From NCBI GenBank assembly GCA_048128005.1, contig JBEUKZ010000057.1:62001-93848 (forward strand): a stretch of 31,848 nt of DNA, in the 5' to 3' direction. Under the pieces are notes generated by a model. That model was given only the letters and a program-made list of their open reading frames with translations, made no database searches and had not been told where the DNA came from. The DNA is from Veleropilina oligotropha (taxonomy: Eukaryota). Shown in pieces: positions 23,576 to 31,848 of this stretch. Both the position numbers and the translations under genes were made by a program. Numbering within the stretch: the stretch's first letter is position 1; each line of letters opens with the position of its first letter.

Positions 23576-24007
23576 ATGGCTTCCATTGCGATGCTGGTTG
23601 GGGGCGCTCTCGTCAACGCCCTCGCCTTCAGCGGCTCCAACTTCCTCTTCTCGAAGCTACGCAGCTCCGGTGTTGATGCGGAGCGTAAACGTCACGACAT
23701 AGCCGTAGAGCAGCTCAACGCCGCTCAGACTAAATGGTCCCAAAAGAGGGCAGAGCGTCTCGACTGGCTGAACGTTGAACTTCGCCGCCAGGGTCACGCT
23801 GTTGGCACATTCCGGGATGTTGACGCCGCTATCCGTGAGTATGCATTGATCACCGGCAAGAACCTTGACCCCACCGCCATGGGAGGTGGCCCTGAGCCCC
23901 AGCTGTCCGACTACTACACGCCGAGCGATGACCAAAAGGGACGTGAGATCACCTTCATCATCCTCGGGATGGCTGCGACCGGGTTGGTAGCCTACAAGCT
24001 CGCCTAA
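23576..24007 (+). CDS. Protein with hydrophobic N- and C-termini and a central coiled coil (143 aa)
   Basis: MASIAMLVGGALVNALAFSGSNFLF...EITFIILGMAATGLVAYKLA. Confidence 0.75.
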   Translation: MASIAMLVGGALVNALAFSGSNFLFSKLRSSGVDAERKRHDIAVEQLNAAQTKWSQKRAERLDWLNVELRRQGHAVGTFRDVDAAIREYALITGKNLDPTAMGGGPEPQLSDYYTPSDDQKGREITFIILGMAATGLVAYKLA

Positions 24008-24049
24008 TTATTTCTATAGTGAACATTTTTTTCGTGGGCATGTATAATA

Positions 24050-24280
24050 ATGGGGCTCCCAGAAGAGCTGTACTGCGCCATGCTTGCGGTCAGCGGGGTG
24101 GGCCTTGGTACTACGTCACTCGACTGCTGGCGCCGCGACGAAAAGACTATGGTGCGGTTCGCGGTCATGGTGCTCTCGGGCCCGACCAACCTACGGGCGA
24201 CGACTGCGCAGCGACCGGCTCCGGAAGCTGAAGCCTGTTGGAGACTGATCAATTTACTGGAATACATTGCTGATGGATAG
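24050..24280 (+). CDS. Hypothetical protein (76 aa)
   Basis: Fills the gap before the integrase and overlaps its ATG; no recognisable motif. Confidence 0.45.
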   Translation: MGLPEELYCAMLAVSGVGLGTTSLDCWRRDEKTMVRFAVMVLSGPTNLRATTAQRPAPEAEACWRLINLLEYIADG

Positions 24281-25271
24281 TAAGCTTGCGAGGATATACT
24301 ACAGCCCTAAGGGCTACTGGAAAGGCATTGCCGCGATAAAGAAACTAGCTGAGGCTGCCAAGGCGTCTGAAGTGGAGGTCCGGACATGGCTTAAGAGGCA
24401 GGCTATATGGCAGATCTATTTACCTGCGCCACGGCGGATTCCAAGACAAAAATTCGACGTCGTAGCGCCGAACGAGGTTCACCAAGCCGACCTCCTGTTT
24501 CTCCCACATGACAAGGTCGGTCGTAAAACGTACAAGTATGCTTTGACTGTGGTTGATGTTGCCAGTCGCTACAAAGAGGCTGAGCCTCTGGTCACAAAAG
24601 AGGCCAAAGGAGTTGCTGAAGCCCTGTCTCGAATCTACAGGCGGAGTCCTCTTAGCTCGCCGAAATTGCTTCAGGTTGATCCAGGGCGAGAGTTTATGGG
24701 TACGGTCTCCCAGCTGCTGGCAAAGAATAACGTCGAGGTTAGGCGTGGCCGTGTGGATATCCATCGCGATCAGGGCATTGTGGAGCGCTTCAACCGGACG
24801 CTCGCAGAGCGGCTCTTCGGGCACCAGTACGCAACAGAGATGCGGTTTGCAGAGTCTGCGAAAGAGGGTCAAAGGTCAACGGAGTGGGTCGCCCGGCTGC
24901 CCGCCGTTGTTGCGGCCTTGAATGGGGAAGAGACCCGCCTCACCGGTAAAAAGCCCAAGGACGCCATTAAGGCACCTCGCGTTCCCCAAAAGCCCTCTTC
25001 CACTGTACCAGGCCGACAGGGGAAGGAACAGAAACTCCCCTCTGACGTAGATGTTCAATACCTATACCAACCCGGTGAGTTGGAGGGTGGTCGCCGGCGA
25101 GCGACTGACCCGGTGTGGTCTATGACGGTTCACAGGCTTGGACGCTCTGTCACTAAACCTGACGAGCCTGTGCTCTACTACTTGCTCGATGGACCACCGC
25201 GTGGCTTCGTTCGTGAGGAACTGCTCGTGGTGCCTCGTGATACCCAGCTGCCGCCGGTTCTCAGGCGTTAA
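24273..25271 (+). CDS. Retroviral-like (rve) DDE integrase, Polinton type
   Basis: IYYSP.GY N-terminus; catalytic HQAD, QVDPGREF and VERFNRTL; C-terminal RRATDPVWS...YYL...GFVREELL. Frame is uninterrupted. Confidence 0.96.
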   Translation: MDSKLARIYYSPKGYWKGIAAIKKLAEAAKASEVEVRTWLKRQAIWQIYLPAPRRIPRQKFDVVAPNEVHQADLLFLPHDKVGRKTYKYALTVVDVASRYKEAEPLVTKEAKGVAEALSRIYRRSPLSSPKLLQVDPGREFMGTVSQLLAKNNVEVRRGRVDIHRDQGIVERFNRTLAERLFGHQYATEMRFAESAKEGQRSTEWVARLPAVVAALNGEETRLTGKKPKDAIKAPRVPQKPSSTVPGRQGKEQKLPSDVDVQYLYQPGELEGGRRRATDPVWSMTVHRLGRSVTKPDEPVLYYLLDGPPRGFVREELLVVPRDTQLPPVLRR

Positions 25272-28200
25272 CAACCGCAAATCCTCGTTTTCACTTACAT
25301 TCCAGACACGTTAAGCGCACGTTGTCGCGGGTGTGGCCCCTGCTGTTGTCCACACGGTCGACACTGAACTGCTGTGTGTCTTTGGGCTGGTAGGCCCAGA
25401 GCAGCTCTATGTTGCATGCCGCGCAGCGGTTGTTTTGGGCGTCTTTGAGCTGCAGGATGTTATCGACCTTGAGGTTAAACGCCGGGAGACCCTTGGCCTG
25501 GTCCTGGCGCTTGTATGCCACGAGCTTTCTCTGGATAGTCTTTCGGAGCTGCTGCTCGGTTTGGGGCGGCCTGTCCTCAGCACCCTCATCCGGAGGACAG
25601 GTTACCCGTTCGAGCTGATGCAGATGCTCCACCCAGGACACGGCTAGGTAGGCGAGATTACTCCACTGAAGGTAGTCATCGATGATCCAGACTTTCTGTG
25701 GGTCGTGAATCGTAAGACCCTGGCTCGAATGGATGGTGAGAGCATAGCCCAGGCGCCAATCCGGGGTCAGGATTGCCCGCTCAGCGGCCTCAATGGTGAC
25801 CTCGACGACGTCGTTCAGAACTAGCTCCTCTCTTTCGTCGGTGCCCGGAATCGTTACCATAATGTTTTGCTTACGGGTGTCCCTGGGGTGGTACAGGATA
25901 GGTACCAGGGAGTCTGGGAAGTGCTCCTTGTGCCTCTGGAGCAACAGCTGTTGAGCCCGTTCGCGGACCTTCTGACGGCTTGTGAGGATTAGGTCGCCTG
26001 GCCTCCAGGTGCTGACGAACCGATCCCATCCAAGGCAGCTAGGGAGGGTCTTACGCATCTCGTCGCACTGGATTTTGTCGGGCTGGAGACGTATCCGTCT
26101 TTTCAGGGCTTGGAGGGCAGGGTCGTCTTTCGCCCTGTAGTCTACTTCGATCTCCTCATAGTAGTCCGCGGTCCTTCGCAGCCAGTCGTGCGGCATCTCG
26201 CCCGTAATCGGTGGTGGCTGGCCTTGATCGCCACAGCAGATAACCTGAACTTCGTGCTGGCCCAGCCAGTCCAAGAACATCTCGAGGATAGGCCGGGGAA
26301 CAGTACAGACCTCGTCCCAGATAATGACGCGGGGATGAACTTCTGACCCATGCGGTCAGGCGTCCAGTCGTTCTGGCCGCTCCATCGGAAGAAGCTGTGG
26401 TAGGTCTGGGCTTTGACACCCCTGGTCCGCATCTCTTTAGCGAGGCGGTGGGTTGGCGTGAATACGATGGGATTTCTTGCCCGGAAGAGCTCGATCGCTC
26501 TCGTAGTCTTGCCACAGCCCCCTCCACCGTTGAGGTAACTCAGGCGATGGTGGGTCAGCGTGTCATTGTAGCATGGCGCGGTGCTTGGCTGGCTGGAATT
26601 GGCGGCACAACAATACTCTGGCTTGGGCAGGTATGCGGCATGTTCCTGTGGCATATACAGCTGTTCGCCCTTGTCACGCCACTGGGCCGGTGCTACTGGC
26701 GGAAGGTACGTCTCCCCGAGCAGACAGGAGATGCACGAGTTATCGCCACAGTCGCAGAGTTTGGGGGCAACGTACACCGCGACATCGTCGAGCTTCTCCA
26801 ACGAGGCCTTCTTGAGGTAGATGCTGTCAGTGGCCACTCGGACGGCTTCTGCTGCACTGAAACGCTGAAGCATTGAGAGAAGGTTGATGTGGGCATATGC
26901 CAGCATCGAGGCCCTCAGGTGGGCGTACTGTGGCTGAGAGCCATCATAGTATGTGAGGATGTGACCCATAGGGCACCTTTGAGGTGCGCCGACCAGGGTA
27001 CCGCTTTGGCGGGTGTCTCTTACGAGGAAGTCGAGCTCACCCTGGCCGGTCACCAGTCTATGAGTCAATCGTTTGCCATCAGCCTTGGCGCCTTGGGTGA
27101 ACTTGCCGATAATGCTGCAGCCCTGGTCACGGTTCTCAGGAAGCCAGACCTCGAGTTGCTTTCTGAATGTGATGATGGCTTCTCGGATCTTGAGGGTCTT
27201 CACGAGGCCGGACTCTACGAGGTAGGTGAGCAGAGGGCTCGGTGCCCATCCATTCTCTGCAAAGTGCTTTCCGAACCAGGCGGGAATGACGGGGTGGATG
27301 TCTTGTGCGAACTCCCATTCCACGACCTCAGCAAACCCGGTGCCGATATCTTCGGGAAGAGGACCGTTTATTGCGACCCGGGTCATGCTGTGGGTTGGGT
27401 GTCCGAATCTTTCGAAATACGGCTTAGCCTCGCCCTGCCCCAGAAAGCTGGCAGGGTAGCAGGCTTTCATGTCGATGCAGCAGACATCTCTCGTGTCGTA
27501 ATTCATGGAATTCCAAAGGCCGCCGTGACCATGCTCTACGCAGGCCTTCTGGATATCATCGAGCAGGCTGGCCGGGGTAGGTTTCCAGCCGTTGTGCTCC
27601 TTGGCCATAATGCTAGCTGCATGGTTCACGCCAAAGGCCCGATCGGCAAGAGACTCATTCCCCAGCGCTGTACAGGCTTCTTGGAGTCTCTCGTGATCAT
27701 CTTTTGTCCTGTACATGCGGCCGTCCTGCAGCACGAACTGGTCCACGTTGAGCTGTCGGTCTGTACCGCCAAGGAGCCAGACAGCTAATGGCTCATTCTG
27801 TGTGGCTTGTCGGATAGCTTCCCAGACATCTCCCTCATACAGGTGGACCTCGCGAGACTGCGGGAAATGAAGGTCCTTGGACCAGGCGTGGCCGTTGTGA
27901 CAGATGAGTTCTACTGGTCTATGCCAGCCCTGGTACTTCCCACTGACGTAGATGTCGGCACCTGCGATGTCTCTCAAGATGATCGCCCGCTTCAGTATCT
28001 TCTCGAGGATGGATATATCATCCACAGTGGCGCCTGTTTCGTGGACTCGCTCTTCCCACTCCTGTATTTTTCGTCTTTGTATCGGAGTTAGTCCGTTTCC
28101 TCTCATGGCACCTTCAAAGTGCTCAACCACTCTCTGGGCAACGCAGTTGAGATCGCCGTTCTTCATTGGGACCAGGTTGGCGGGGTTTGGTTCTCTGAGA

Positions 28201-29105
28201 GGGTAGAGGCCGTAGACGACTGCAGTGACCGGGTAGGCGTTCTCGTAGTAGACTTTGTCGACCCCAGTGATAGCACCCGGCTTAGTGTCATGGGATATCT
28301 CAAAGACACCCTGGCCATTCTTCCTCGCAGCTTTCACCGGGTCAAACTTGTCTTCGACCATCCAGTCACCTTCACTCCACTCACGCAAGAACTTTACTCT
28401 AAGGACATACTCGCCCTTTGGAAGGGCTGTGAGGAGCTGTGCCGCCCTCGCGTCTGTCATACGGGCATCCAGCGCTTCGATGCCGTGTTCGATCTTAATG
28501 TCCACTTCTACCCTCCATGTGGAGAAGGCCGCCGCGGCGCCATCGACCTCAAACTCCTCTTTGGCGTCGCTCAAGAGTTCCACCCATGGCTCTTTTGCCG
28601 GGAGCCTTACGGGGGGAGGGGCCTGGACATCCAGGTCGATGAATGGTTGCCCCTCTGTTGTGGTAAACAGCCCTAGAAGATCCTTCTGGTAGTCCTGGGA
28701 TGTCCGGGGATTTTTGGAGATGAGAAGATCGGGCCCCTTCCGAGCAATAGCCCGGGCAAGGGTCTCTTTCCGAGACCGCTTGACGATTCGATCCGTGATG
28801 GCGCGAAGTGGCTTCAGTCGAATCCCGGGCGTTTTCTCAGCTCGGATTTCGTATTTACGGACCTTGAGGGCGACGTCGACCTCGTCCTTAAGCTGCCGCA
28901 ATTCGCGAGCACGTCGGCCTCTTTTGTGGGGGTTCTCCACATCCCCACGTATGGAGGGGAACCTTCCAGTTTTCATCGCCCGCTCGAGTCTCCTCCGAAA
29001 CTCCGCAGCACGGACCCTGGCTATTGCCAAGATGAGGTCGCGTTTCTTGAGCTTCGACCGAGCGGGAAGCCCGTAAGCTTTCGCTAAATTCCGCAGTTCA
29101 TCCAT
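25261..29105 (-). CDS. Multidomain replicase: putative terminal protein + OTU-like protease + divergent protein-primed PolB + SF1 (RecD/Pif1-like) helicase + HNH nuclease; one frameshift and one late nonsense codon
   Basis: PolB motifs IDMKACYPAS (A), RDQGCSIIGKF (B), VATDSIY (C). Helicase GGGGCGKT, IIWDE (after restoring one C at ~26332), GDQGQPPP, YALTIHSSQG, YLAVS. C-terminal CAAC...VDRVDNSRGHTRDNVRLTCLEC. TGA at 25291 precedes KRGFAVVNA*. Confidence 0.85.
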
Positions 29106-29153
29106 GTTGCTGGGTGGGTATACACTACGCCAAGCATTCCTCTAATAGGAAAT

Positions 29154-29429
29154 TTACGTGTGGTAAATTACAGCCATGCGGAGAAACTCTCTCTCGAAGG
29201 CCCTTTTCTTTCGTCCCCAGTCTTTAACGTCCTCATTCCGATACCCACAACCCCGGCACAACGTAAACCGGTTAAAGACGCCTTTGCCGCATTTGATGCA
29301 GGGCTTTGTGCCCCAGCCATTTCGCCGTTGCCGAGCCAGATGGACTTTGCAATACTCGCTCAGACAGCTCTTACCGCATAGCTCCGTGGAGCTGATGGTA
29401 AGCCATTGACAGGTGTCATAGCCCTTCAT
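29154..29429 (-). CDS. Small Cys/His-rich zinc-finger-like protein (91 aa)
   Basis: C..W...CGKSC...YCKVH...CIKCG...CRGCG pattern; co-oriented and immediately upstream of the replicase. Confidence 0.7.
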   Translation of the reverse strand: MKGYDTCQWLTISSTELCGKSCLSEYCKVHLARQRRNGWGTKPCIKCGKGVFNRFTLCRGCGYRNEDVKDWGRKKRAFEREFLRMAVIYHT

Positions 29430-29592
29430 CGTATCCTTTGCATTGGATATACCCGTCCGATGGGTATGTCTAAAAGAGAGCCCGGGCCGGCGAGGGTTGT
29501 GGGCCGTCCCTACGGGCTCTTACTACATGCTACTATATCGGCGCGAAATAGCTGGTCGTGTTAGACGCTGTGTAGTTATACTTGAAAGCAAC

Positions 29593-29781
29593 ATGCCGCA
29601 GAAAGCCGTTCCCAGGTTGCGCGGCGCGAAAAGTTCCCAACGCATCAGGACCCTCTTGAAATCGGGCTACGACGTTTTGATTGTTGACCTCGACGATGGT
29701 GAACAGGCGGTCTTTAAGAAGAAGACCAAAGGCGGTAAGAAGGGAGTTTTACACAATCGCCGTCCCTCAGTTCCGAAATAG
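29593..29781 (+). CDS. Small basic protein (62 aa)
   Basis: AACATG start within ORF 29443-29781; Lys/Arg-rich; stop falls in the internal copy of the terminal repeat. Confidence 0.45.
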   Translation: MPQKAVPRLRGAKSSQRIRTLLKSGYDVLIVDLDDGEQAVFKKKTKGGKKGVLHNRRPSVPK

Positions 29782-29830
29782 GGCTGGGAGCCTTATTTTC
29801 CCATTCTAAAAAGTACACTCACCCCCCCCT

Positions 29831-30026
29831 GCTCTGTACACACGGTGACTTTTTGTAATACACGCTATACCCTGGGGTCTGAACAGGTGCTGGGAGCCCC
29901 CACCCCCGGGCCCCCGGACCCCACCCTAACTCCCTAGTCCCCCTCAGTAATACCAGCTCAGTTCTGAAATAGTGCTGGGAGCATTATTTTTCCATTCTAA
30001 AAAGTCCAATCACCCCCCCTGCTGCT
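29831..30026 (-). repeat. Right terminal inverted repeat, preceded by an extra ~68-bp copy of the terminus at 29766-29833
   Basis: Revcomp matches 13914-14108. The revcomp of 29766-29833 (AGCAGGGGGGGGTGAGTGTACTTTTTAGAATGGGAAAATAAGGCTCCCAGC...) repeats the TIR start. Confidence 0.95.
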
Positions 30027-30147
30027 AAATGCAATGTTTGTTTATGCTAAATTTTGTTAAATATCGAAACAGTGATTTGAGAATAATTTATAAAAGTTAA
30101 ATGTGAAAAATAAATGTATAAAATACCTGAGTGGTTGAAAATTGTAT

Positions 30148-30219
30148 TGGAGATGCCGGGGATCGAACCCGGGGCCTTTCACATGCGAAGCGAACGCTCT
30201 ACCACTGAGCTACATCCCC
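30148..30219 (-). tRNA. tRNA-Ala-CGC: tRNA-Ala (anticodon CGC)
   Basis: Identical to 8871-8942. Confidence 0.96.
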
Positions 30220-30424
30220 AATTATGGAAAACGTGTGTTATAAATTACTACTTAAAATAGTAATTAAATATCACTATAGCCAATACTATGATAAATTACT
30301 GAAATTAATTAATTGGTTTTCATTGCTAATAACAGGAATATTTAATACCTTACGCGGCTGATACATCGCCCTGTTACACGTTGTCCAAGCGTCATAAGTG
30401 CGCATGCCCGGCGGGTCATTTAAC

Positions 30425-30479
30425 ATGGCGGACGTTACTGAGCAGACGGATTTTATGGAAGTATTTTGGACAAAAGAAG
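30425..30479 (+). CDS. Probable first coding exon of an unidentified host gene (MADVTEQTDFMEVFWTKE)
   Basis: AACATGGCGG start (Kozak/YY1-like), NRF1-like TGCGCATGC ~25 bp upstream, AG|GTATAT donor in phase 1. Confidence 0.45.
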
Positions 30480-30839
30480 GTATATTGTGGATTCTAAAGT
30501 ACTCACACAGCAGTTTTTAGTTACAAATCTATTCTTTGTAGTAGTTTTATCCTAGTCCATTTACTTTTCTTAATTGACTCTCATTGCCACAACTTTAAAA
30601 CGATTGTTTTCGATGAAGACAAGTGTTGAAACATGTTTCCGATTTGATAATTTGATTGTGCATTTCCATTGTCGACATGGGGAGGCACGATTTGACGATT
30701 ATATTACGTATTGTGGACAGTTTCAAAGATCTCAAGAAATCTGGATTCGTTCTGGAAGAATTTTTTGCCCCCAATTACTTGGAATGATCAATAAAACAGC
30801 TTAAGTTTTAATTCCAAATCCGAAGAACTAGTTTATATG

Positions 30840-31485
30840 TAGTCCGATAAATCTGCCCCTAATTACAAGCTCGAAATTCTGACGGTCGCGTGTATAGGGT
30901 CAGATGTCGTCGCTATTAAAAAGGCGAAGTTCTGTAACCCAAATCTAGCGACAGCGATATCGACACCTTTACGTGCCATACGGCGAATATTTCGATACCC
31001 ACACATCAATAAACCATTTAACACTCACCTGCCTTTATTGTTCATCAATCCTAGTGATATAAGTCACATTATAAGCTTATATTGTTACTCGAAACGTGTT
31101 AATTAGACGCCATTATCAAACCGACACACAAGTCGCATCGACCAATCAGAGTGGCTTAACCAGCCGGAAGCCACTCTGATTGGTCGATGCGACTTGTGTG
31201 TCGGTTTGATAATGGCGTCTAATTAACACGTTTCGAGTAACAATATAAGCTTATAATGTGACTTATATCACTAGGATTGATGAACAATAAAGGCAGGTGA
31301 GTGTTAAATGGTTTATTGATGTGTGGGTATCGAAATATTCGCCGTATGGCACGTAAAGGTGTCGATATCGCTGTCGCTAGATTTGGGTTACAGAACTTCG
31401 CCTTTTTAATAGCGACGACATCTGACCCTATACACGCGACCGTCAGAATTTCGAGCTTGTAATTAGGGGCAGATTTATCGGACTA
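30840..31485. mobile_element. 646-bp foldback (MITE-like) element with perfect 318-bp arms, TAG...CTA termini and 9-bp TSD
   Basis: 30840-31157 is the revcomp of 31168-31485, with a 10-nt loop AACCAGCCGG. GTTTATATG at 30831-30839 and 31486-31494. Confidence 0.9.
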
Positions 31486-31572
31486 GTTTATATGTAGCCC
31501 AACTACCCTCAAGGAACATTGAGAGTACCTGTAATAATTGATTAATTTGTTTATGATTGTTGTCTATTTCAG

Positions 31573-31611
31573 ATCCAAACTCAACAGGCGATTCTGGCGT
31601 TTATGTTCCTG
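31573..31611 (+). CDS. Probable second coding exon of the host gene (DPNSTGDSGVYVP)
   Basis: TCTATTTCAG acceptor, G|GTAAGG donor, 39 bp, phase 1 to 1, open and compatible with exon 30425-30479. Confidence 0.45.
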
Positions 31612-31848
31612 GTAAGGTTCCCTGTTTTATGCCCCCACACACAATGTTAAGGGGGCATATAGGAGTTCAAGTTGTCTGTCTGTCGGTCCACAGGCATTCG
31701 CCAACGGCAACCTTAGTATACATGCTGAAAAAATCGATCCCTTCTATGCTATAGTATATAATAGAGAAAGTATCAGCGGGGGGATGAGAGTCGTATACGT
31801 GCACGATGCTGATTTGTGTCTGTTGTCTATCAATAACGTCAATAAAAT

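Larger units (their letters stand above)
13914..30026. mobile_element. Full-length endogenous Polinton/Maverick-like (adintovirus-like) virus, 16,113 bp
   Basis: TIRs start AGCAGCAGGGGGGGTGATTGG. TSD AAATG at 13909-13913 and 30027-30031; empty site at 8750-8754. Carries integrase, pPolB-like replicase, packaging ATPase, MCP and penton genes. Sharp GC increase relative to the flanks. Confidence 0.96.

Noticed and set aside
25291..26530. Helitron RepHel interpretation of the Pif1-like helicase
   Set aside because: No HUH/Y2 Rep motifs; the helicase follows PolB motifs inside a TIR/TSD-bounded element.
26110..29076. Multiple plus-strand ORFs up to 299 aa
   Set aside because: Antisense shadows of the GC-rich replicase gene with no motifs.
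31625..31848. Possible 5' end of another Helentron-like element (TATGCCCCC...GGGGGCATA plus GTCT repeats)
   Set aside because: The 3' end cannot be defined within the window.

Overview
AT-rich, repeat-dense genomic DNA from a eukaryote, probably an invertebrate. The dominant feature is a complete, visibly GC-richer 16.1-kb endogenous Polinton/Maverick (adintovirus-like) virus at 13914-30026. It has ~195-bp TIRs starting AGCAGC and a 5-bp TSD (AAATG), confirmed by an empty paralogous site at 8750-8754. It encodes a DDE integrase, a packaging ATPase, major and minor capsid proteins, many predicted membrane proteins and a secreted cysteine-rich protein; no adenain protease is recognisable. Its replicase is unusual: one ~1280-aa chain with a putative terminal protein, an OTU-like protease, a divergent pPolB core with no apparent exonuclease, an SF1 helicase and an HNH nuclease. 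The virus lies 121 bp downstream of a tRNA-Ala(CGC) gene inside a local segmental duplication. The flanks hold a 45-bp minisatellite, a tRNA-derived SINE, a hAT transposon nested in and containing Helentron-like elements, (TA)n tracts, hairpin repeats, a 646-bp perfect foldback element, a second tRNA-Ala(CGC) copy and the probable first two coding exons of a host gene. All protein calls come from motif recognition by eye; no database searches were run.
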